Origin: an uncultured Verrucomicrobiae bacterium | GTDB lineage: Bacteria > Verrucomicrobiota > Verrucomicrobiia > Chthoniobacterales > UBA10450 | Direction: 5' to 3' | Assembly: GCA_963772365.1 (NCBI GenBank) | Contig: CAVYXA010000001.1 | Location: 1,056,001-1,120,000 of the forward strand | Length of the DNA stretch: 64,000 nucleotides | Shown: in pieces, positions 47,229 to 56,361 of the stretch | How positions within the stretch are numbered: the first letter of the stretch is position 1 | Layout: every line of letters begins with the position of its first letter | Translations under genes and position numbers: made by a program | Notes under the pieces: generated by a model | The model's database searches: none | The model's input: only the letters and a program-made list of their open reading frames with translations | What the model was told of the DNA's origin: nothing

Positions 47229-48170
47229 CTAACCGGCGGCAGACCGCCCGTCTTCCGCTACAATCATTTCTTTTCGAGTACCGATCGTTACTGGTGTCCC
47301 TTTGCGAACGAGCGCCTCGAGCCGTCTGATGTCCTTTTTCTGAATGGCAATTCCTTGAGGTGGCCGGTCTGAAACAGGTTCCGATGTCGATGCCAGGGGG
47401 CGCTCATGATCATTATCAGAGTTCCCGGAAGTGGCAGTAGTTTCTTCGGTGTCGACTCCGTATAAAGCATATCCATGGTAACCCAGGTAAATCAGCGGAG
47501 TCCCTTCTTTTTCCAGCAAGGATGTTCTGCGCAAGAACCTGCCATTTTTCCAAAATAGTTTGGACCCGACTTTTGTGTGAATTGTCCCATGCCGCGAGGA
47601 CGGTAAATCGACTGAGACAATCGGATACTGGCTAAAGAAACCAAGTTGATCCCGCACGACTACCCGCCGCCGCGGAAGATCGACAGTAATTCTAAAATCA
47701 AGTCGTGGAACCAGAAGTGTCTGCTCCGGCCGGATCAGAGTTGAATCGAGATTGTTTACTCGAATAATCGCCTCGGCGCTGGAATCGAATTTTCGCGCAA
47801 TCGAGGCAAGCGCGTCGCCTCTCTCAATGGTGTACTCAGCCTTGCGCGGAGAAGGTTCTTTCGAGAAAAAGATGCGGCCATTGACTTCGCCCAGCAGTTC
47901 CCGCAGCTGCCGGGTGACAGGTGATTTGGGCGCGGTGGTGAGCGCGCCTATCAAAATCGCACGCGCTTCCGCCAATTTGCCGTCATCAACAAGCGCTTGC
48001 GCCCGTTTTAACTTTTTCACGTTGGGGTGAACATAAGTCACCCGTGGAATCGATTGGTATTTTGCCAATCCCTCCGGGCGAAAAATAATCCGCGCCACAT
48101 ATGCTGCCCCGCCAAAAATCGCGGCAGCGAGCAGAATCACAATTCCCGTTTGCCATACCGACATTCTCAT
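47229..48170 (-). CDS. LysM domain protein with degenerate YkuD-like C-terminus
   Basis: YTIERGDALASIARKF...IIRVNNL...IRPEQTLLVP; N-terminal TM. Confidence 0.8.
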   Translation of the reverse strand: MRMSVWQTGIVILLAAAIFGGAAYVARIIFRPEGLAKYQSIPRVTYVHPNVKKLKRAQALVDDGKLAEARAILIGALTTAPKSPVTRQLRELLGEVNGRIFFSKEPSPRKAEYTIERGDALASIARKFDSSAEAIIRVNNLDSTLIRPEQTLLVPRLDFRITVDLPRRRVVVRDQLGFFSQYPIVSVDLPSSRHGTIHTKVGSKLFWKNGRFLRRTSLLEKEGTPLIYLGYHGYALYGVDTEETTATSGNSDNDHERPLASTSEPVSDRPPQGIAIQKKDIRRLEALVRKGTPVTIGTRKEMIVAEDGRSAAG

Positions 48171-48281
48171 TAACTCACCCCAAATGTAACGACACCGCGC
48201 CGGAGCGCGTGGTTCATTCCCAGGTTTCTACAGTCGTCCCACGTCATCGCTCTGTCGAACGCTCGATTCACAACCGGCAAC

Positions 48282-49130
48282 TCACAGTGTGGGCAGAGCC
48301 TGTTTCGATTTCGGCGGTGGAAATTCGTTGTCGATCTCGGCCAAGTCTTCCTTTGTTAGTTCAATATCGATCGATCGGGCATTATCGCGCACATGATTCT
48401 GATCGGCAGATTTCGGGATCGCGATTACTTCTGGCTGCCGCAAAGTCCAGGCTAGCGCGACCTGCGCAGCAGTCGCGTCGTGCCGGTTTGCGATTTTCTT
48501 CAGTATTTCATTCTCCAGCAAACCACGTCCATGCCCGACCGGGGCATAGGCCATGATCGGAATCTGGTTTGTCCGACACCACGGAGCGAGTTCGAATTCG
48601 ACTTCGCGATTTTCGAGATTGTAAAGGACCTGATTCGTGGCGCAGTTGGAACCGTTCTTCACATCGAACAGTTCTTTCATATCGTCGACATCGAAGTTCG
48701 AAACGCCCCACCGTTTGATCTTTCCTTCAGCGCGAACTTTCTCGAATACTTTCACCGTTTCCGCGAGAGGCACATCGCCGCGCCAATGCAACAAATAGAG
48801 ATCGATGACATCGATCTTGAGCCGCTTGAGACTTCGGTCGCAAGCTTTGGGCAGCTCGGCGCGCGATGAGTTATGCGGATAAACTTTTGTGACGACGAAG
48901 ACGTTTTCGCGTTGGCCTTTGATCGCATCGGCTACAACTTCCTCCGCGCCGCCTTCGCCGTACATCTCAGCGGTGTCGATCAGAGTCATGCCAAGTTCGA
49001 TTCCCAATCGCAGCGCGGCCACTTCCTGATCATACTCGCTCTTGTTTTCTCCCATCCGCCATGTTCCCTGACCGAGCGCTGAAACTTGCGTGCAATCCGG
49101 TAAGCTCACTGTTTTCCTCCTCGTGCTCAT
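48282..49130 (-). CDS. Aldo/keto reductase
   Basis: LGQGTW, IDTAEMY, DLYLLHW, WGVSNF and AIPKS motifs. Confidence 0.95.
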   Translation of the reverse strand: MSTRRKTVSLPDCTQVSALGQGTWRMGENKSEYDQEVAALRLGIELGMTLIDTAEMYGEGGAEEVVADAIKGQRENVFVVTKVYPHNSSRAELPKACDRSLKRLKIDVIDLYLLHWRGDVPLAETVKVFEKVRAEGKIKRWGVSNFDVDDMKELFDVKNGSNCATNQVLYNLENREVEFELAPWCRTNQIPIMAYAPVGHGRGLLENEILKKIANRHDATAAQVALAWTLRQPEVIAIPKSADQNHVRDNARSIDIELTKEDLAEIDNEFPPPKSKQALPTL

Positions 49131-49277
49131 ACTCGTAATCGTAATCGAAATTGCGCAACATCTCAGCCGGAACGCATCGCGCAGCTCGTGGACGAAAACT
49201 AAGCCGTGTGCGATAAAAATGCGCTGAAATTGAAAGATCGATTACGAGCATGAGCACACAGTACAAATTACGATGTC

Positions 49278-50831
49278 GTGATTCTCGGCGCGGGACATAA
49301 CGGGCTCGTAGCAGCGAGTTATCTGGGGCGAGCCGGCCTGAGCGTGCTTGTGCTGGAAAAGAACGATTACATCGGTGGAGCAACGACTTCGCAGAAAGTC
49401 TTTCCCGACTACGATGCCCAGCTATCTCGATATTCGTATCTAGTCAGCCTCTTCCCGGGAAAAATTATTCGCGATCTGGGGCTGAACCTGAAATTGCGAA
49501 GCCGGGCGACTGCGTCGTTCACACCATACGTTCGGGATGGCCAACAGGGCGGCTTACTTCTGAGCAATGTCGATGAAGAACAAAGCCGGAAATCGATTGT
49601 CGATCTTACCGGCAGCGAGGCCGAGTTCGAGCAGATGAGGAAGTTTTACAATCTTTCGCGCCTGTTCGCCGAGCATTCGTGGGACAGCATGCTCGAGCCG
49701 CTGGTCGCAAAAAAGGAATTCAAGAAACGGTTCGATGCCGATCCGGTCGCTTGCGAAGCCTGGCGGAGTCTCGCAGAGGAACCGCTTGGACTCGCGATTG
49801 AGCGCTATTTGAAAGACGATCTTGTGCGCGGGCTCGTTTTCACCGATGCCAAGATCGGTATCTTCACTCATCCGCACGATCCATCTTTGGTCCAGAACCG
49901 CTGTTTTCTCTATCATTTGATCGGCCACAAGACCGGCGAATGGAAAGTGCCGGTGGGCGGGATGGGCGCAGTCGCGTGCGAGCTGGAGCAGGCGGCACGA
50001 CAAGCAGGCGCCGAGTTTCTAACCAATGTGGAGATTCGCCGGGTCGACTTGGATGGCAAAAGCAAGACCGTGGAATTCGAGAATGACGGAAAACTGCACA
50101 GTGCAGGCGCCAGATTTATTCTCGTAAGCTTTGGTCGAAATGTTCTGGCGAAGCTTACCGGCAAACTTTTCCAGCCGGACCGAACCGATGAAGGTTCGGT
50201 ATTCAAGATCAATATGCTCCTAAACCGATTACCGAAGTTGAAGGCGAAAAAATATTCCGAGAGCGAGGCGTGGTCCGGCACGTTTCACAGCGATGAAGGC
50301 TACGAACAAATGAAAAGAAGCTACGAGCAGGCGTCGCAGGGAAAACTGCCGGAACGAACTCCCTGCGAAATCTATTGCCACACTCTGACCGACGACAGCA
50401 TCCTGTCTCCCGAACTGCGCAAGAGAGGTTTTCAGACGGTCACGCTTTTTGGGCTAGACACGCCTTACTCGCTATTCACACGAGATAACAACGACATGCG
50501 CGCTCAAGCAGAGACAAAATTCCTGGCCAGCATTAATCAATGGCTGGAAGAACCGCTGGAGAATTGCCTCGCTGTTTCGCGCGACGGGTCGCCATGCATT
50601 GAGAGCAAGACTCCGCTCGACATCGAGAACGCGCTCGGAATGTATCATGGCAATATTTTCCAGGATGCGCCGACGTGGCCGTTTGCAACGTCGAAAGAAC
50701 AGGCCGGCACGTGGGGCGTCGAGACCGAGTTCGAAAATGTGTTTCTGTGCGGCTCAAGCGCGCAACGCGGCGGAGCAGTCAGTGGAATTCCGGGGCATAA
50801 TGCTGCGCGAGCTGTGCTCGCGCATGTATGA
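49278..50831 (+). CDS. FAD-dependent oxidoreductase, phytoene dehydrogenase/PYROXD2-like
   Basis: GAGHNGL...LEK...GGA, GGMG, GNIF and GGAVSGIPGHNAA; the upstream ATG at 49250 is one base out of frame. Confidence 0.88.
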   Translation: MILGAGHNGLVAASYLGRAGLSVLVLEKNDYIGGATTSQKVFPDYDAQLSRYSYLVSLFPGKIIRDLGLNLKLRSRATASFTPYVRDGQQGGLLLSNVDEEQSRKSIVDLTGSEAEFEQMRKFYNLSRLFAEHSWDSMLEPLVAKKEFKKRFDADPVACEAWRSLAEEPLGLAIERYLKDDLVRGLVFTDAKIGIFTHPHDPSLVQNRCFLYHLIGHKTGEWKVPVGGMGAVACELEQAARQAGAEFLTNVEIRRVDLDGKSKTVEFENDGKLHSAGARFILVSFGRNVLAKLTGKLFQPDRTDEGSVFKINMLLNRLPKLKAKKYSESEAWSGTFHSDEGYEQMKRSYEQASQGKLPERTPCEIYCHTLTDDSILSPELRKRGFQTVTLFGLDTPYSLFTRDNNDMRAQAETKFLASINQWLEEPLENCLAVSRDGSPCIESKTPLDIENALGMYHGNIFQDAPTWPFATSKEQAGTWGVETEFENVFLCGSSAQRGGAVSGIPGHNAARAVLAHV

Positions 50832-50854
50832 TGTTCGATGTTTGATATAATTAA

Positions 50855-50934
50855 GACTCGGCAGGCGGAGCGTCTGGCCTACAAATTCTCCCCTGGGGAC
50901 ATGGGCGTTGTAGGGCAAGCGCTCCGCTTGCCCG
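50855..50934. repeat. GTAG REP doublet, left flank of RAYT
   Basis: CGGCAGGCGGAGCGTCTGGCCTACAA ... TTGTAGGGCAAGCGCTCCGCTTGCCCG. Confidence 0.88.
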
Positions 50935-50936
50935 AA

Positions 50937-51369
50937 TTATTCTTCCAAACCAATTTGATACGGCCAATCTGACCAATGTTTTGCAAGTCCAGCCCGCACC
51001 GGGTTCTCGCGGATGTAATGCCATTTCTCGTGGACTGATTCACCCGACCGCAGGAGTCGATCGAAACAACCACTCTGCCAATTCCACTCGGCATTTAGCT
51101 CCTGGCGCATCCATCGTTTCAACGCCGCAGAGAAATTGCCTAGTTTGGCGTTCCGGTCATTTGTGGGGGAAACTATGACGCGCAAGTGGTCGGGCAGTAA
51201 CACAGCGGCGAGCACGGCCTAATGTCGAAGCTTTGCCACAGCGGCCTTGAAGGCGGTAAAAGCACTTTCGTTTGCCAAGACCGCCTCGCGATTAGCGACA
51301 CAAATCGTCACGAAATAGATGACGGATTGATCCCAGCGTAGCCAAACAGGAATGCGGCGGATGTCCCAT
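50937..51369 (-). pseudogene. REP-associated tyrosine transposase (RAYT/TnpA-REP), inactivated
   Basis: YFVTIC, LPDHLR, WQSGCFD and YIRENPVRAGL...WPY; in-frame TAG at 51219 and an apparent frameshift after MGHPP. Confidence 0.85.
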
Positions 51370-51417
51370 GCGCGCAGGTTGCCGAACGAAGCTATTCGTT
51401 TGCAATTGTTTTTCCGC

Positions 51418-51499
51418 GACTCGGCAGGCGGAGCGCCTGCCCTACAATTCCGCGGCGCTCGACACAACGGCGTTGTAGGGCAAGCGCTCCGCTTGCCCG
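51418..51499. repeat. GTAG REP doublet, right flank of RAYT
   Basis: CGGCAGGCGGAGCGCCTGCCCTACAA ... TTGTAGGGCAAGCGCTCCGCTTGCCCG, direct repeat of the left flank. Confidence 0.88.
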
Positions 51500-51551
51500 G
51501 CTGCGAATCTGTTGCTTGCTTTTGGGGGCTTCAATCATCGACAAATAGACG

Positions 51552-52689
51552 ATGCGCATTTTCGTACCCAGGGAGATCACTCCAGGAGAGCGCCGTGCAG
51601 CCGTTGTTCCTGAGACAGCGAAGAAATTTGTCGCGCTTGGAGCTGAGCTCGGGATCGAGTGCGGGCTGGGCGCGGAAATCCTTCGCGGCGACATGGAATA
51701 TGAACGCGCCGGGGCGAATGTTATTGCAGATCGCACGTCTGGTTTACGCGAATCTGATTGCGTCCTGCGGTTGCAAAAGCCGCCGGCAGATGAAATCGCG
51801 CAACTGCGGGAGAACTGCATTCACATCAGTTTTCTCGATCCGTTTAACGAACGCGATCTCATCCAGCATTTAGCGGCAGCCAAAGTGAGCGCGATCTGCA
51901 TGGAAATGATCCCGCGCTCGACCATCGCGCAAAAGATGGACGCGCTCAGTTCGCAGTCCAGCCTTACCGGCTATCACGCCATCATCCTGGCGGCTGATCA
52001 GCTCGACCGCATTTTTCCGATGATGATGACGCCAGCCGGCACAATTCAGCCGGCGCGGGTTTTCATAATCGGTGTAGGCGTGGCCGGTTTACAGGCAATC
52101 GCCACGGCCAAAAGACTCGGCGCACGGGTAGAAGCATTCGATACTCGACCGGCAGTAGAGGAGCAGGTGCGCTCGCTGGGAGCACGGTTCGTGAAAGCCG
52201 ATCTGGGCGAGACTGGTCAAACGGAACAGGGCTACGCCAAAGCATTGACCGAAGAACAGCTCGCAGCCCAACGTGAAGTAATGGCGAAACATTGCGAAGC
52301 GGCTGATGTGATCATCACGGCGGCACAAGTTTTTGGCCGTAAAGCCCCGATCATTGTGACTACGGAGATGGTGAAGCGAATGAAACCGGGCAGCATCGTC
52401 ATCGATCTTGCCATCGAAACCGGTGGAAATGTCGAATGCGTCGAATTCGACAAAGAGATCGAGGTCGATGGCGTGCGTGTTTTTGGATACGCCAATATGC
52501 CCTCGCGCGCAGCGGGGCCGGCTAGCGAGATGTATTCAAACAACCTTTTCGCGCTCGTCGAACATCTTTGGAATAAGGAGCAAAAAAACAATCGTGATCG
52601 ATCCAAATGACGAATTATTGCGCGGCTGTCTCATCACTCACGGTGGCAGCGTGGTGAATGACACGATCAAGAAGCATCACAACTTATGA
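51552..52689 (+). CDS. pntA: NAD(P) transhydrogenase subunit alpha part 1, with +1 frameshift in the A7 run near the C-terminus
   Basis: GERRAA, MDALSSQ, GVGVAGLQAIATAKRLGA and GGN; the expected tail IDPNDELLRGCLITHGG lies in another frame after 52588. Confidence 0.9.
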
Positions 52690-52705
52690 CCGCTAAACAG
52701 GCCCT

Positions 52706-52828
52706 TGTCATGTCCGCCACGGCGGATTCGTCCTGCGGCGAATTGAGCGAAGCGAAACATCTCCAATCTTTTTTGAAGAACACGAGCCAACAAATGATCG
52801 GAGATTCTTCGCTTCGCTCCGAATGACA
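52706..52828. repeat. TGTCAT...ATGACA repeat with nested insertion
   Basis: TGTCATG[TCCGCCACGGCGGATTCGTCCTGCGGCGAA]TTGAGCGAAGCGAAACATCTC ... GAGATTCTTCGCTTCGCTCCGAATGACA. Confidence 0.82.
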
Positions 52829-52845
52829 GTTATGACAATCCTCTT

Positions 52846-53121
52846 ATGATCGACATCCTCATTTTCATTTTCGTTCTATCCGTCTTTCTCGGTTTCGAGT
52901 TGATCTCGAAAGTGCCTTCTCAATTGCACACACCATTGATGTCGGGATCGAATGCGATTTCCGGAATCACGATTGTGGGTGCTCTTGTAGCGGCGGGTGC
53001 TGGCAGCGGAGACTTTGCAACGATTCTCGGTTTCATCGCGGTGATCTGCGCGACGATCAACGTGGTCGGCGGTTATCTCGTGACCGATCGGATGCTCGCG
53101 ATGTTCAAGAAAAAGAAATAA
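52846..53121 (+). CDS. pntA: NAD(P) transhydrogenase subunit alpha part 2
   Basis: VPSQLHTPLMSGSNAISG and NVVGGYLVTDRMLAMF. Confidence 0.95.
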   Translation: MIDILIFIFVLSVFLGFELISKVPSQLHTPLMSGSNAISGITIVGALVAAGAGSGDFATILGFIAVICATINVVGGYLVTDRMLAMFKKKK

Positions 53122-54476
53122 TGGAGTGGCTCTACATCATCGCGGCGGCGCTCTTCGTCGTCGGTCTAAAAATGCTCAGCTCGCCGGAAACGGCGCGCAA
53201 CGGCAATCTTATCTCGGCGCTGGGGATGTTGCTGGCAATTGGAGCAACATTTCTCGAGGGCAGGTTGAGCTTCACCTGGATCATTGCCGGCATTGCGATC
53301 GGCTCGGCAATCGGCGCAGTTTCGGCCTATCGAGTCAAGATGACCGCCATGCCGGAGATGGTGGCGCTGTTCAACGGCTTCGGTGGCCTGGCCAGCTTGC
53401 TCGTGGGCTGGGCGGAATATCACATGCATCGCGACGCGCCGACGTTCACGATGGTTTCAATTTACCTCGCGGTTTTGATTGGTGGCGTAACGTTCACCGG
53501 CAGCGTCCTGGCTTTTGCAAAACTGGCAGAGTTGGTGACGGGCAAGCCGGTTATGTTCCGCGGCCAGCAAATTGTGAATGCCGCGCTTCTCGCTGCCGCT
53601 GTTGGTGCCGGAATCTTTTTTAGCCTCAGCCCCGAATCGCACTATGAAATCTTAATTCTGGGAGTTGTTCTCTCCTTAGTCCTTGGCGTTTTCTCCGTGC
53701 TGCCGATTGGCGGAGCCGACATGCCGGTGGTCATTTCGCTGTTGAACAGTTATTCCGGCCTCGCCGGCACTGCCGCGGGATTCGTTTTGCAAAACAACGT
53801 GCTCATTGTGGCCGGCACTCTCGTAGGCGCGAGCGGGATCATTCTGACGCAGATCATGTGCAAGGCGATGAATCGGTCCCTGGCCAATGTTCTTTTCAGC
53901 GGATTCGGCTCGGTGACCACCGCCACAGCTGCCGGAACAAAAGGCGAGGCGAAGTCGCTTTCAGCACACGACGCTTACTACGTTCTCGAAGCGGCGAGGT
54001 CAGTCATATTTGTACCAGGATACGGGATGGCCGTCGCCCAGGCGCAACATGTGGTGAAAGAATTGGCCGATAACCTTGAAGCAAATGGCGCGGAAGTGAA
54101 GTATGCAATCCATCCTGTCGCCGGCCGCATGCCGGGCCACATGAACGTTTTGCTGGCTGAGGGTGATGTACCTTATGATCAACTCGTTGAGATGGACGAA
54201 ATCAATCCTGAGATGCCGACTGTCGATGTTGCGTTGGTCATCGGGGCCAATGACGTGGTAAATCCGGCGGCGCGGGAAGACAAATCGAGCCCGATCTTCG
54301 GTATGCCGATCATCAATGTCGATCAAGCGCGGACGGTGTTTGTGCTCAAGCGTTCGATGGCTTCAGGTTTTGCCGGAATCGAGAACCCGCTTTTTTACAA
54401 AGAAAACACTCGGATGATTTTTGGCGACGCGAAAAAAACCCTGCAAGAGCTCGTTCACGAATTCAAGGCGGCTTAA
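53121..54476 (+). CDS. pntB: NAD(P) transhydrogenase subunit beta
   Basis: MTAMPEMVA, GGADMPVVISLLNSYSG, HPVAGRMPGHMNVLLAE and GANDVVNP. Confidence 0.97.
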   Translation: MEWLYIIAAALFVVGLKMLSSPETARNGNLISALGMLLAIGATFLEGRLSFTWIIAGIAIGSAIGAVSAYRVKMTAMPEMVALFNGFGGLASLLVGWAEYHMHRDAPTFTMVSIYLAVLIGGVTFTGSVLAFAKLAELVTGKPVMFRGQQIVNAALLAAAVGAGIFFSLSPESHYEILILGVVLSLVLGVFSVLPIGGADMPVVISLLNSYSGLAGTAAGFVLQNNVLIVAGTLVGASGIILTQIMCKAMNRSLANVLFSGFGSVTTATAAGTKGEAKSLSAHDAYYVLEAARSVIFVPGYGMAVAQAQHVVKELADNLEANGAEVKYAIHPVAGRMPGHMNVLLAEGDVPYDQLVEMDEINPEMPTVDVALVIGANDVVNPAAREDKSSPIFGMPIINVDQARTVFVLKRSMASGFAGIENPLFYKENTRMIFGDAKKTLQELVHEFKAA

Positions 54477-54492
54477 TTATCGGCGGTTGCCC

Positions 54493-54696
54493 CTATTTTC
54501 GGATATACTTGTCAGGCCTAACAGGCGTTGCGACGCGATGGTTATCGCGATAACACTTTGTGGCCAGCCCCAGGAGAAAGGCTGCAAGGATGAAAGCGAC
54601 GACCCGTTTCTCGCGAGTGGTAAGGACAAAACGTTGTCTTGCCTGGTCGAAACGGGAGCGCCAGCGCGATTTTAACGCTCGGGCCTTGTTTGCCAT
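54493..54696 (-). CDS. Small hypothetical membrane protein
   Basis: FVLTTREKRVVAFILAAFLLG single TM; overlaps the stop of the upstream gene. Confidence 0.5.
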   Translation of the reverse strand: MANKARALKSRWRSRFDQARQRFVLTTREKRVVAFILAAFLLGLATKCYRDNHRVATPVRPDKYIRK

Positions 54697-55019
54697 TCGC
54701 GAACACGAAACGATTTGTAATTGCCCTTGATCTTTTCGTCGTAAAAACGCGCCTTCGATTCGGCGGCCATCAACTTGTGATGAACCGAGCGAGGTACACC
54801 GAGATAGCGGTAAATCGCGCCGTTAACGAATTCGATCTCCAGGATCTGGAGCCGCTTGCTGTAGCCAACAGAAGCGATTGCGCTGGATGAAACCGGCTCG
54901 CGCGGAATTCGCGAATTAATTTTCGAGGAACCGTCCCGCGGCTCAGCAGATGCGCCAGGGTCGAGGGCGATCAACGCACAGATGGTGACGAGGATCGACA
55001 ATAGAGGTCGAGGGTTCAT
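54672..55019 (-). CDS. KTSC domain protein with signal peptide
   Basis: VSSSAIASVGY...LEIEFVNGAIYRYLGVP...LMAAESKARFY...IK. Confidence 0.88.
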   Translation of the reverse strand: MNPRPLLSILVTICALIALDPGASAEPRDGSSKINSRIPREPVSSSAIASVGYSKRLQILEIEFVNGAIYRYLGVPRSVHHKLMAAESKARFYDEKIKGNYKSFRVREWQTRPER

Positions 55020-55127
55020 CCATTGGCCTTCTAACAAAATCTCTCGCTCGATGGCAAGTAAAGCCAATCGGTGCACCTGGTGTAAAAAGCTGTTTTCCCT
55101 TTCCTGATCTCGGTGCAGATTCAGCAA

Positions 55128-55553
55128 ATGCGACTAGGTTTGAAATCGTTTATTGCTCTCAGCTCGATTGCAATATTGGCCATTTCCGCCGCATCGGTAT
55201 TCTCGCAAATGAAAGCCGGAGGCGGAGTGGAAGTCATCAAAGGTGGGGACGAAGTGGACGTGAAGAAACATCTTGCCGCCGGCAAGGTCACGTTGATCGA
55301 GTTTTATGCCGAATGGTGTGGCCCATGCAAAATGATCTCGCCGGCGCTGGAGCAGCTCGCCAGAACCGATCCTGAAGTAGCGCTTTGTAAGATCGACATC
55401 GTCAACTGGCAATCGGTAGTCACGCGGCAATACCACATCAATTCGATTCCGTGCGTCGTTGTTTTCGATCGCAAAGGCGAGATGGTCGGGATCATGAGAG
55501 GTGTCGATCCTGAGACCTTGAGCAACTACATCACTAAGGCGAAGGAAACCTAG
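55128..55553 (+). CDS. Secreted thioredoxin family protein
   Basis: FYAEWCGPCK and SIP motifs; N-terminal signal peptide. Confidence 0.9.
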   Translation: MRLGLKSFIALSSIAILAISAASVFSQMKAGGGVEVIKGGDEVDVKKHLAAGKVTLIEFYAEWCGPCKMISPALEQLARTDPEVALCKIDIVNWQSVVTRQYHINSIPCVVVFDRKGEMVGIMRGVDPETLSNYITKAKET

Positions 55554-55563
55554 AGTTTCCCTC

Positions 55564-56319
55564 TCAGCGACCGAGCGGGTTGGTCACTTCCGTTCCCAGC
55601 GGCGGAGTGAACTCGAATTTTGATTTCGGAATCGGCGCGTGATTTTGGTTTGAATAATTTGTCACCACGCGATCGCCGTTCGGTTGCAGAATTTCCGTGT
55701 GCTCGACTACGAGGTCGTTGTTCAGACGCAAATCAAACTTCTGAAAGATCCGTTTCATCGCGGTCGATCGGGGCAGCAATTCCAATTGATAACCATTGTC
55801 GATCTTCGAGCCGGTGACGTGAAAATTCTTTTCCAGGTCCTGCATGTTCATCGCCGTGTTGATCGCGGCAATAGCCGCATCGGCGGGGGAATGCTTGCCT
55901 AATGTGTAGTGCTCGGCGGATTTGAAATTTGGATAGTAGATCCAAAGGTCGTGGCCGTTACTGACGGTGATGCTGGGTGCGTTTCCATTGATTTCTCGGC
56001 GGAATTTACTTGGCCGTTCGAACCAGACCTTGCCCACGCTCACAACCGGACGTGTCATCAGATGGAGGATTTTTTCCTCCCGAAAATCCGCCTGCATATC
56101 GGGCGACGCAGCGTGCTGAGTGTTGATCTGGGTGAGAAGGTTTCCTACTTCTGCAGGGGGAAGTTGCGTCTGCGCGAAGACTAACTGCAAACAAAGAAAG
56201 AAAATCGCTCCAAGAAAACGGCGCACCTGGCGGCTTCGCTTCACAAATCGGATCGTGTCAATCATACTAGTGGCCGCTAATTCTTCGCGGCAAACGCTCG
56301 GTCTGGCCGCCGCAATCAA
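55564..56319 (-). CDS. lolA: Outer-membrane lipoprotein carrier LolA-like
   Basis: ADFREEK, GKVWFERPSKFR, VSNGHDLWIYYP and FEFTPPLG; start uncertain. Confidence 0.75.
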   Translation of the reverse strand: MIAAARPSVCREELAATSMIDTIRFVKRSRQVRRFLGAIFFLCLQLVFAQTQLPPAEVGNLLTQINTQHAASPDMQADFREEKILHLMTRPVVSVGKVWFERPSKFRREINGNAPSITVSNGHDLWIYYPNFKSAEHYTLGKHSPADAAIAAINTAMNMQDLEKNFHVTGSKIDNGYQLELLPRSTAMKRIFQKFDLRLNNDLVVEHTEILQPNGDRVVTNYSNQNHAPIPKSKFEFTPPLGTEVTNPLGR

Positions 56320-56361
56320 CCTTGCCAGACTCGCCGGAAAAACTTTGCCGTCGCGATCAGC

